The notes beneath the pieces were generated by a model that worked only from the letters and a program-made list of their open reading frames with translations, had not been told where the DNA came from and searched no databases. A DNA stretch of 63,896 nucleotides, filler included, from Octopus bimaculoides (lineage: Eukaryota): the NCBI RefSeq assembly GCF_001194135.2. It is 4 parts of 4 records of this genome, joined end to end, with 100 filler letters (N's around TTAATTAATTAA, not from the genome) between each part and the next. Parts side by side here need not be neighbours in the genome. Positions count along the whole stretch, not along the records: positions 1 to 31,737 come from NC_068984.1; 3 more parts are not named here. One strand, written 5' to 3'. The position numbers and the translations under genes are program-made. Numbering within the stretch: position 1 is the first letter of the stretch; every line of letters begins with the position of its first letter. Shown here piece by piece: positions 11,956 to 23,102 of the stretch.

Positions 11956-14185
11956 CTACACCAACTGGCAACAGAATGGAAGTATTCCTAGGTCTGTGAG
12001 CTGCTGCTAAGAAAGGACCCCAAACAAGGGGGATGTAATTGATAATTTTAGGCCCATCACTCTGCTCAACGCAGAGCTGAAGATTTTGGCCAAGGTATTA
12101 GCAAAAAGGTTGGTGCGGGTCGTGGCAAACTTTTTGGGAGGTGCGACCCTGCGCCATCTCTGGCAGGTCAATTCGCGTCAATCTCTACCTTATACGCTAT
12201 ACCTTAGAGACGGTGAATAGAATTCCTGGTAAGGGTGGGGCTATAGTTCATTTAGACCAATCTAAAGCGTTTGATAGGGTCGACCATTGTGGCGGCCGGG
12301 TTTGGCCCGTCCTTCCATGGGTGGATCACCGCTTTATACAGCAACATCGAATCGATCGTTCGGGTGAACGGTTTCTTTCCGGAACCGTTCCGCATTGAGT
12401 GTTCGGTACGGCAAGGATATCCTCTCTCTCCCACTTCTGTATGTTTTGGCCCTCGAGCTATTGCTACGGAAGTTGGAAGCTATGAGAGACATCCCGCGAG
12501 ATCTAGGGTGTGGAAAATCGGTTTCGGCGTTTGNNNNNNNNNNNNNNNNNNNNNNNNNNNNNNNNNNNNNNNNNNNNNNNNNNNNNNNNNNNNNNNNNNN
12601 NNNNNNNNNNNNNNNNNNNNNNNNNNNNNNNNNNNNNNNNNNNNNNNNNNNNNNNNNNNNNNNNNNNNNNNNNNNNNNNNNNNNNNNNNNNNNNNNNNNN
12701 NNNNNNNNNNNNNNNNNNNNNNNNNNNNNNNNNNNNNNNNNNNNNNNNNNNNNNNNNNNNNNNNNNNNNNNNNNNNNNNNNNNNNNNNNNNNNNNNNNNN
12801 NNNNNNNNNNNNNNNNNNNNNNNNNNNNNNNNNNNNNNNNNNNNNNNNNNNNNNNNNNNNNNNNNNNNNNNNNNNNNNNNNNNNNNNNNNNNNNNNNNNN
12901 NNNNNNNNNNNNNNNNNNNNNNGGGGGGGGGGTTGCAGGTGTGTTTATCACATCTGTAATTGCCTACCGCTTAATCGTCGTGCCTTGTCCAGATTCGTGA
13001 CTAAACAAGTTAGAGCGCACGCTCTTCCACTTTTTGTGGAGGGGCAGGGGACCTCTTGTAAGGCGCTCCATTTGCTGCCAACAACAGCTGAATGGTGGGA
13101 TGGGGATGCCATGGCTAAGAATGAGCAGACATGCGCTGAGGCTGAGGTTTCCCTAACTCTGCCTGGACGGTGACCAGGTGTGGTCTCCGTTCGTCGGACT
13201 GTCGCTTTTGCGGTTCATCTCTTTTAGTGAACTGAACCTATGGATTAAGCGTAGACCGAAGTTGGGTGCTTGGCAAGCGGAGTGTCGTCATGCACTCTTG
13301 TTCCTCTCCCAGACGGGCAATGCCGGCAGTTGGGGCTCTACCTTGTCATTTTATAGAGGACTGGTAGAATTCAAGTGTGACGACGCCCTGGAAGAAATCC
13401 TGGGTTTTGATAACGGTCAACTTGCCGGTTTGTACCGGAGAACATTCGGGCCAGAGCCTATGGATAATTTTCAGGAGTCCCTGGTATGGCAACGTTACCG
13501 AGGAGCCTTGCTTGTTTGGGATAAACTCTACAGGCATGGTTCTTCATCCACGCCAACTTGTCCAAGATGCGGGCAGGACAGAAAAACTGTTCTGCACGCA
13601 ATTGTGCAATGTCCGAAGATTTCGGAATTTGGGTTTATGTCCAACAACTGCTGTCCCGACTAGGAGGAGTACAACTCTCATCCGAATCTATAATTAAGAT
13701 TGTTCCGCCGTTTTCTCTGAATAAGAAGAGCAGGTTTGTTTCCTCTGTTTAGTAGCTACTGCGAAGGAGGTAGTATGGAAGATGCGGGTGAAAGGAATCG
13801 TGACAGGCATCTTCATCTCCAACCTTGGGTTGGTTAACTTTTTCTTTTCTACCTGAAAAGAAAAATAAGGCTGGAGAGGAGATGCTTGCCATACGGAGTG
13901 TTCGGAAAATGATGGAAGACTGTAGCAAGTTTGTTGAGAGTGAATGAACCTGCTTGAGCGAGAGCATAAGGGTATTACCAGATATTCAGTGCTGGAATGT
14001 GGTTTGTGGGGTTGGCCACGTCCCCCACTCCATTTTTGTTGTTCCATTCGATTTTCATATACATTTATAATTAATTTTTAATTATGTTTATCTTCATGTT
14101 GCTTTATCATTCGTCCCCCGACCCCTTGTCTGTCCTTGTATTGTCCCTCTTTATTCGTCCTACATGGATAATTAAGAATAAAGTT
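11956..14185 (+). mobile_element. 5'-truncated L1/Tx1-clade LINE, ORF2 pseudogene (RT plus C-terminal CCHC) and 3' UTR; internal gap 12534-12921
   Basis: Translations include NFRPITLLNAELKILAKVLAKRL, LDQSKAFDRVDH, SVRQGYPLSP(L)LYVLALELLLRKL, VSAF just before the gap (ADD expected), and TCPRCGQDRKTVLHAIVQC. Multiple frameshifts. Confidence 0.92.
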
Positions 14186-15556
14186 TGAAAACGGCTACTT
14201 GAAGCTCGAAACTCACTGTAAACATTATTTTTGAGATTAAAATAAAAACTATCTCCCCCAAAAAGCCATCTCTACTAATTTTTCATATATATATATATTA
14301 CGGAGATGTACTGGCATAGCAAGTAACCTGATCTGAGATCGTGTGCTGGAACGAAAACAATTACAGCGTGGAAGGTGTTTATAAGCCATTTAAGAAACAT
14401 GCAAAAACCGTTAGATTCACTTCAGCATTTAAATTTAATTTGCCCAAATATTTTCGTCGCTTTGAGATCGCGACCTGTTCACTGACAAAATTCCGTGCTG
14501 CATCTGAGAAAGTAACAGTTAGTTTATGATATATATATATGTATGTACTGCTTGTCATTAAGGAGAGTAAGATTCAAGGTGTCAGAGGACATCGTTGCCT
14601 GTATTACTTTACAAATATCAGAAGTGTGTGCAAGACGGTGCTAGTTAGCAGACTCAGAGAGGTTGCCATTTGGAGGATGGGACACTGTAGCATATTCCCA
14701 AAGATTAGAATAGTTTCCTGTTATGAGAGAAAGAATTAAAGAGCCAAGTGAGTATCGTGGTTAGCCATGGGGAGCAATACTTGAACGTACGGAAGGGATA
14801 TAATCGAGACCAGATTTTATTTTTTTTGCTTGTTTAAAATAACCAGAAGTACTTTGCGCTTCATTTGTGGGTATGAAAGGCAGCGAAGGAGGATAAAGTT
14901 ATGAGCATGTAACTCGGTGGCTACGAGTATGAGAAAGGGAGACGATAGAATTGGAGATCTGCCTGGTGTCTGCACAAAGTGGCAGTGAAGGGAGAGATTT
15001 TCTCCAGCGGGGTACCGTTCACAGAACTAATGCTGCTGTGAATTGAATGGAAAGAGGATTCTGCAACGCTGGAGGAAATATTTTTGGCAAGAGACCAAAA
15101 GGAATGGCTGCAGTTTGGAAAATGAGATAGCCTGAGAGCTGTACGTTGCATGAAGCTATCTTTTGCAATTAGGATTATTAGTCTTCAAGACGTTGCGTTG
15201 CTGGGTACACGCCACCTAATTTGGGTAGGGACGAGTTTCAACAGACATTGTGAGCTTCTTTATGTTTGCTTGTTGCTTGGTTTGTTTGTATTTTTATTTT
15301 TTGTGGAGTTTGGAGTTTTTTTTTGTTTTTGTTTTTATTGCCTGAATAGCTCTAACGCATCTATGAGTGAATGATAGTTTAAGCCACCTGCTTGGCAGTT
15401 ACTAATAGGCCAGAAGGGAACGACTTTTCCGCCAGGGGTAGTTGGCATATATTTGTTGGAGCTCCGCCCAGTCGCTGGCCTGACTAGAAGGTGGTAGGCG
15501 GATGTGTGTTGCATAGTTGCAGTGAGGCAATGCTCGGATGATGCATCTGTAGATGA

Positions 15557-15603
<47 letters not shown>

Positions 15604-15738
15604 CGTGTGCAGGAAGTCATTAGGCTGAAAATATAACTTTACGGAAGATGTAAACAAACATCACCACTGCAAACATACACACACATACACACATACGCGC
15701 ACACGCACACACAGATACATACACGCACACACGCGCAT

Positions 15739-15770
<32 letters not shown>

Positions 15771-15813
15771 ATCACTCACATACACACACAATACACACAC
15801 ACACACATATATA

Positions 15814-16018
15814 CAGGGTGCAGCAGAAATACCTTCCACATTTGAAAGGTTGACAAAACAAAAAAGAAACAACATTTATGAAATATTAATTTTATTGTTG
15901 TTTAAACAAAGAGTTACAGTTTTTGTTTATCAGTTACATGAAAACATCATTGGCATAAGTTCATTAGCAACACGTAGATGAAATTTTTAAATGTGGGAGG
16001 TATTTCTGCCGCACACTG
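15814..16018. mobile_element. Tc1/mariner-type MITE, 205 bp
   Basis: 30-bp TIRs cagggtgcagcagaaataccttccacattt and aaatgtgggaggtatttctgccgcacactg (27/30 match); flanked by TA on both sides. Confidence 0.88.
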
Positions 16019-16049
<31 letters not shown>

Positions 16050-16060
16050 ATACATAGATA

Positions 16061-17224
16061 CAGGGGTTGGACAAAATAATGGAAACACTTAGCATCATAA
16101 GTTTGATATATCTATATTAGGTATATTAGTGCTGTTTAATATGTTTTGATGAAATTGCTGTTTCTTTTCATCAGGAAAAGGTAATTAAAATTCATTAAAA
16201 TGACAGATCTATCGGACTTTCAAAGAGGTCAAATTGTTGGTGCTCATATGACAGGCACTAGCATAACGAAAGCAGCCGAAATGTTTGGTGTATCAAGAAG
16301 TACTGTCTCGAAAGTAATGACAGCCTTTCAGAAAGAGAGAAAAACCTCCTCGTCGAAACAAAACTCCGGAAGAAAACCAAACNNNNNNNNNNNNNNNNNN
16401 NNNNNNNNNNNNNNNNNNNNNNNNNNNNNNNNNNNNNNNNNNNNNNNNNNNNNNNNNNNNNNNNNNNNNNNNNNNNNNNNNNNNNNNNNNNNNNNNNNNN
16501 NNNNNNNNNNNNNNNNNNNNNNNNNNNNNNNNNNNNNNNNNNNNNNNNNNNNNNNNNNNNNNNNNNNNNNNNNNNNNNNNNNNNNNNNNNNNNNNNNNNN
16601 NNNNNNNNNNNNNNNNNNNNNNNNNNNNNNNNNNNNNNNNNNNNNNNNNNNNNNNNNNNNNNNNNNNNNNNNNNNCCTTCTTCCAACTGTTAAACATGGA
16701 GGAGGATCTTTGATGATCTGGAGGGGCTATATTTTGGAAATCCACCAGCCCAATGGTTTCCCTTCATGGCAGAATTAATAGTCAAGACAATTTAAGCATT
16801 TCATTGGATCAAATTCATCCTATGGTTGCGGAACTGTTTCCGGAGGGAAACTCAATCTTTCAGGATGATAATGCACCAATTCACACACCTAAAGTTGTTA
16901 CTGAATAGCACAAGGAACTTTCTAATGAAGTTGAACATCTTATCTGGCCACCACAGTCCCCAGATCTCAATATTATTGAATATTTATGGTGCGTTTTAGA
17001 AAAACAAGTAAGGAGTTGATATCCTCCACTATCATCATTACAAGAACTGGAGACTGTTTTAGATGAAGAATGGACAAAAATTCCTTTGGAAACAATTCAA
17101 ACATTGTACGAGTCCATACCTCATAGAATTCAATTTGCAATTACTGCCAAAAGCGGTCCTACCCTATATTAAAATTAATTTGTTTGAAATTTTAAGGTGT
17201 TTCCATTATTTTGTCCAACCTCTG
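16061..17224 (+). mobile_element. Tc1-family DNA transposon, TRT-like (DD37E type), both TIRs present
   Basis: 28-bp TIRs caggggttggacaaaataatggaaacac and gtgtttccattattttgtccaacctctg (27/28 match); TA on both sides. Confidence 0.95.
16200..17172 (+). pseudogene. Tc1 transposase pseudogene
   Basis: MTDLSDFQRGQIVGAH...NSGRKP [gap] PTVKHGGGSLMIW...FQDDNAPIH...WPPQSPDLNIIE...GPTLY*. Contains a frameshift near 16725 and in-frame stops. Confidence 0.92.
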
Positions 17225-17235
17225 TATATATTGGG

Positions 17236-17271
<36 letters not shown>

Positions 17272-17428
17272 CAGACAGATTACAAGTACACACATACACG
17301 TATATGTACATAGACATGTACAAATACAAATAATATATATATAAATACTCACACACATACACACACAATACGTATGCATACATATGTACGCACTTGCTGA
17401 TGTGCATGAGAGAGAGAGAGAGAGTGTG

Positions 17429-17461
<33 letters not shown>

Positions 17462-17635
17462 CTGTGTGTGTGCGTCAGTGAGAAATATTTACATCAACGA
17501 GAAAATACTGATAAATCGGTACGTCGAACAAAATTGCATTTCAGTCGTTATCCGCGCAAGTAGAAAAACGCTCCCTTCTCGCTCTCGCCATATTGAATTT
17601 AGCAAACCGGTGTATATTAACTTTTTGGTAATCAA

Positions 17636-18984
17636 TCTATATATATAAAAATGAGAATGTGTGTCTGTCTGTCTGTGTGAATCCCTAAAACTCGAGAACT
17701 ACGCAACCAATTTCATTCAAATTTTACAGATGCCTTACTTAGGGTTCCAGTTGTGTTTTAGTCAAAAAAATTTTTTAACTTCTTGCAGAGTTCGAGGCCA
17801 CGGCAACATAATATCTCCTCCACTATTTAAGTATTACGTGTCAAAAGTGAAACAAAAACAATCATGTCAAATACTTTCACTTTAAAAATGAAACTATTCC
17901 ACTAACTGAAACAATCGCATTTCGATACTGTGATGACAGATACTTTCAGAGAGAGAGAAAGAGAGAAAGACAGAAAGAGAGAGAAAATTATGTATATGTA
18001 TACATATACATGTATATGTACNNNNNNNNNNNNNNNNNNNNNNNNNNNNNNNNNNNNNNNNNNNNNNNNNNNNNNNNNNNNNNNNNNNNNNNNNNNNNNN
18101 NNNNNNNNNNNNNNNNNNNNNNNNNNNNNNNNNNNNNNNNNNNNNNNNNNNNNNNNNNNNNNNNNNNNNNNNNNNNNNNNNNNNNNNNNNNNNNNNNNNN
18201 NNNNNNNNNNNNNNNNNNNNNNNNNNNNNNNNNNNNNNNNNNNNNNNNNNNNNNNNNNNNNNNNNNNNNNNNNNNNNNNNNNNNNNNNNNNNNNNNNNNN
18301 NNNNNNNNNNNNNNNNNNNNNNNNNNNNNNNNNNNNNNNNNNNNNNNNNNNNNNNNNNNNNNNNNNNNNNNNNNNNNNNNNNNNNNNNNNNNNNNNNNNN
18401 NNNNNNNNNNNNNNNNNNNNNNNNNNNNNNNNNNNNNNNNNNNNNNNNNNNNNNNNNNNNNNNNNNNNNNNNNNNNNNNNNNNNNNNNNNNNNNNNNNNN
18501 NNNNNNNNNNNNNNNNNNNNNNNNNNNNNNNNNNNNNNNNNNNNNNNNNNNNNNNNNNNNNNNNNNNNNNNNNNNNNNNNNNNNNNNNNNNNNNNNNNNN
18601 NNNNNNNNNNNNNNNNNNNNNNNNNNNNNNNNNNNNNNNNNNNNNNNNNNNNNNNNNNNNNNNNNNNNNNNNNNNNNNNNNNNNNNNNNNNNNNNNNNNN
18701 NNNNGTGTTGAGTAAAATTATTTCGTTGCAGACTTCCTTTCGGTCTTTTTATTATCACTGCGACACACATAGTCCCCAGTTGGTAACATTGATTTCAAGG
18801 CCCTCCTAGATGAGAGACTGGCATTCCACTTAATGTCTATGTTCCATGCTGGCATGGATTGGAGAGTTATTAATGTAGAAATATGGTATCGTAGCTACTA
18901 ACAGTTGAGGGTTGCGTAGTCTAGACGGCGTTTTTAGATTTCATTATTCTCTTTAACCCGGGCAAAGCCGGGTATTTCTGCTAG
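17636..18984 (+). mobile_element. Non-autonomous Helitron (5' TC, 3' hairpin plus CTAG) spanning a gap
   Basis: A|TCTATATATATAAAA with (TGTC)n at the 5' end; 3' hairpin acccgg-gcaaag-ccgggt (18956-18973) followed by CTAG|T. That both ends belong to one element is inferred across a ~680-N gap. Confidence 0.7.
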
Positions 18985-19550
18985 TAATCAATAAAGTCAT
19001 TGTTAATAAAATGTTTTATTATAAATTGTAATAAAGCTATACAAGTTTTATGCGTGAGATATCTTCCACTAATTCTTTGGTACATAATTCGTATTTATTT
19101 CATCGAGACCGCTGTGGGGAAAGAAAACGAACATAAAGAATTTGAACTGAGACTGTAAAGAGGTACGTAGTTAGGGCATACCTACACAGATTTGCTGGGA
19201 CACCAGCTTGAAGAACTTTTGGTCGCAGAAAAATCAGCATTTTAAGATATATAGTAAAGCCTTTTGTTTTCTTCTCTCAGCACATACAGATTAATGAGAA
19301 TAAGTTGACCTTTTGAACTTTCTCCGGCCGTTGAAGGTCTAACAGAAGGCTAATCATTCAAACGTACTTCTTATCGTTTGCCTAAATAGGGAGATGGGTG
19401 TTCCTCCATGAAAATGACAAATTATGGGTTTTTTTGTGAAGAAAAAACATGTCAGAGATATGTGTAATATTTACTTTCATATTATGTGTGTATATATCGT
19501 CATTGAAATGTACTTATCGTTTTTTATGTTTCTATACATCTCTTGAAGTA

Positions 19551-20780
19551 TTAGGTCGTCAAGTATGAAATTTGTAGTTAGGTACATGGTAAACTCGAAC
19601 AGCTGCTCATTTTGAGCCATTATTATATTTTGACAATATTTTTTGTTAGAAAGCTGTCACAGCTATTTCTTTATTCTAACTCATTTTGCCCTTTATAAAG
19701 TATGTATAAATCGCTTTTTGCTATTTTTGTTTAGAGATGGATAAGTTGGAAATTCGTACAGTTTTGAAATATGAGTTCTTTCTTGGAAATGCAGCATCAC
19801 AGACAGCTCGGAATATTAATGGAGTATTTCATTCTAATGTTATTACACAGTAGACAGAACCAAATTGGTTTGCAAAATTTCGTTCTGGTAACTTTGACCT
19901 CACAAATGAGCAACGCTGTCGACCAGAAACAAAGGTGGATAATGACGAACTGAAAGCCACCGTGGAGTCAGATCCATCTCAAAGTGCCTGTGAATTATCG
20001 TTGTTGTTTGATGTTAGCTAGCAAACAATATTGACTTACCTTGTTTAAATCGGTGGAGTGAAAAATTTGGATAAGTGGGTTCCACATGAACTCAATGAAA
20101 ATCAGAAACAGCAACGTTTGGAAGCTTGCATTATGCTACTTTCTCGTCACAAAAATGAATCATTTTTGAATTGAATTGTAACATGTGATGAGAAATGAAT
20201 CCAATACAACAACCGTAAACGTTCAGTACAATGGTTGTACAAAGAAAAGCCACCAAAACACAGTCCAAAAAGCAAATTTCATCAAAAGAAGCTGATGGTG
20301 TATGTTTGGTGGTCTGGCGTATGTGTGATCCATTATGATTTCATTAAATCTGGCTCATCAATCATGGCCGAAGTATACTGCAGCCAACTGGACCAAATTA
20401 TGCAGAAACTTACAAAAAAAACAAAAAAAACCCCAGCCTAGATTAGTCAACAGATCCACTCCTATTTTATTGCAAGACAACGCCAAAATGACATTGGCGA
20501 AACTACAGGAGTTGTAGCTGGAAGTTCTCCATCATCCACCATTCTCACCTGATCTTGCCCCCACTGACTGCCACTTCTTCCAGAATTTGGATACCTTTTT
20601 GATAAGAAAAAATCAGCGGTGCTGTAAAACAGGCCTTCCAAGGTTTTATTGACTCCAGATTGCCAGGTTGTTACAATTCCGGGATGCACAAGCAACGACT
20701 GAAATGGCAAAAGTGTATTGACAATATGGGTGCATACTTTGATGAATAAAACTATTTTTTGTATTCATAAAACATTAGCA
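19551..20780 (+). mobile_element. mariner element (cecropia/Hsmar1-like); left TIR present, right TIR not seen
   Basis: ta|ttaggtcgtcaagtatgaaatttg at the 5' end, followed by a decayed transposase. Confidence 0.88.
19737..20749 (+). pseudogene. mariner transposase pseudogene
   Basis: MDKLEIRTVLKYEF...WFAKFRSGNFDL...KWVPHEL...VTCDEK*I...QDNA...FSPDLAP...GAYFDE*, with many stops and frameshifts. Confidence 0.92.
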
Positions 20781-21145
20781 AACACGGTACATAGTTTCAA
20801 AACACACACACACACTCAGACATGCACACACAAGGAGACAGAGGTACACACACATATACAAACACACACACACACATGCACACACACACACACACATACA
20901 TAAAAACAAACGCGGACGCACAAACACATGAATATGCAGAATACATACATACAAATATACACACATACATACATATATACATATGCACACACACACACAT
21001 ACATGCATACACACATGCATACATACATACATTTATACATGCATACATACATACATGCATACATACATACATACATACATACATACATACATACATACAT
21101 ACATACATACATGTGTAGGCACACACACACACACACATGCGCACA
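20770..21145. repeat. (CA)n/(CATA)n compound microsatellite
   Basis: Direct reading of the sequence. Confidence 0.95.
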
Positions 21146-22054
21146 AACAAACAAAAAGGAACGCTGTGTGAATATCGGACAGTCAAAACTATTGAAAAGG
21201 TTGCAAGACGCAACGAAAATTTTAGGAAAACAAAAATAAAGAATAAGTGGAAATTTTACCGGTAAATGTGTTAAATTATAAGGCACTAAAAGAGAACGAC
21301 TCTCTCCAGACACAAACTTTTTTTCTTTTCTACAAATTTTTTACTTCAAGAAATGCTTTCCCTTTTGTTAGAATTCAGACAATATGTACATTGAGTAGTA
21401 AAGAGTCTTGTGTTCTGTTGTTCTATTATTAATGTTAAGGTTGATTTATATTCATTTTCAAGCTTTAAAGTTATTCTAAAAACGACGAAAATAATTGAAA
21501 CACACAGAAATTACCATTGTAATAAAAAATTATGGGGTCGATACATTCAACTAAAAATTCTAAAAACGAAAACATAACCGAAAATTATAACCGTGGGGCA
21601 TTTGGCCTAGGGGGCTTTTGTGTGTGTGTGTGTCTGTGTGTGTGTGAAATGGGTGAGTATGTATGTGTGCTCATCCACAAACTTTGTTTTCACATTAAAT
21701 TCTGATATAATCATAATCTATATCATCTGAAAGCATTTGTAGAAAATTTTATTAGAAAATAACCTCCTGTCAGAGAGTTATGAGGAAGTAATGTCTATTT
21801 GTGTAAATTATCCGAAATTTCTCTCTTCCCCAATTTGAAAACTTTTTCACGACAAATTCCGATGTAATCAAAGTCTACACCATTTGAAATGTATTTGTAG
21901 AAAATGTCTTTAAAAAATATCCGTTTTTATAAAAGCTATGAGGAAACAAAAGTTGGTCGGGAATACGTCTGTAAAGATGACAGTATTTAATTCTGCTTCT
22001 AAGACGTCTACCAACCACCATCTCTTGCTTTTATTTTATTTTTACATGACTTAG

Positions 22055-22276
22055 TGGAAGAGAGGGTGACATCTATTATGAGCCTTTTTCAGAGCCTTCG
22101 TGACTGGTGGGATAAAGGTAGAAATTTATCCCCAGACGGGAGACTTGATATGAATTTTTTACGACAGAGCGGACACCGTTAAAGGTAGCCAAGGGCCAGT
22201 GGTGGGTTTAAATTGGGCGATGGATTAAGACTACTACCCAAGATCAAGGAAGATTATCTCCGAAGAGCTTCCACAG
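22055..22276 (+). other. Candidate exon (222 nt, phase 1 to phase 1) with two internal in-frame stops; alternative donor after 22117
   Basis: Acceptor ttttattttatttttacatgacttag|TG; donor CAG|gtatgt. Frame reads EERVTSIMSLFQSLRDWWDKGRNLSPDGRLDMNFLRQSGHR*R*PRASGGFKLGDGLRLLPKIKEDYLRRAST. Protein not recognised. Confidence 0.35.
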
Positions 22277-23064
22277 GTATGTAAATACACATACACACAC
22301 ACACACATACAGAAATAGTTACACATATGCACAAAGCCGTACACTTACTCATTCATAAACTAACACAATATATTTCTCCTTGTCTGTCTCTCTCACACTC
22401 TCTTTCTCTCTCACTCACTCCACACAAACACACACACATATACATCAGCACTGAAACTCTCTCTAGTACACATATATGTACAGGCATTCATATACATAAA
22501 CACCGAGATACAGTATCTCCCTGTCTCTCTGCTCCCACTTTCTCTCCCCCTTTCTCTCTCACTTTTTCTTCCTACATATCTACCTATCTAATCGCCCTCT
22601 CTGTCTCGCCTTCACATGAACACACGAACACACACACACACACACACACACACAACAACACACACACATGAACACACGAGTGCACACATACACACACATA
22701 CATATGTGCACCATATTTGTCACACAAGTACACACACACATATACACACGTACACAGGCACGCACACACAAACAGACACGCACAGACACAGGTTTACTAT
22801 AAACTATTATTGATTGTATATGATCAACGATGTACAAGTATCAGCCCCAATGTTTACGTTTTCCATCATGATTTATAGTAGCGTGAGATATGAGATTATA
22901 TATTTCACTGATCTTTTTCACTGAAAATTTATCTCCACATTTAGAGGTCACAGGTTAAATGTTAATCTGTGACCGACTCTTCCTTTCTTCCCTTCTCTTT
23001 TCTTTCTTTTCCTTTATTTCTTTTCTTTTCGTTCTTTCTTTTCTTTCTTCCATAATCTCTGCAG

Positions 23065-23102
23065 ACGATCGTCGGTTTGCCATATTAGAATTTGAGAGAT
23101 AG
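23065..23102 (+). other. Candidate terminal coding exon start
   Basis: Acceptor ctctgcag|AC after an ~80-nt polypyrimidine tract (22978-23064). The phase-1 frame reads (D)DRRFAILEFER*. Confidence 0.3.

Noticed and set aside
14540-15150. Possible very old LINE remnant (RILQRWRKYF)
   Set aside because: A single short motif among many stops is not enough to assign.
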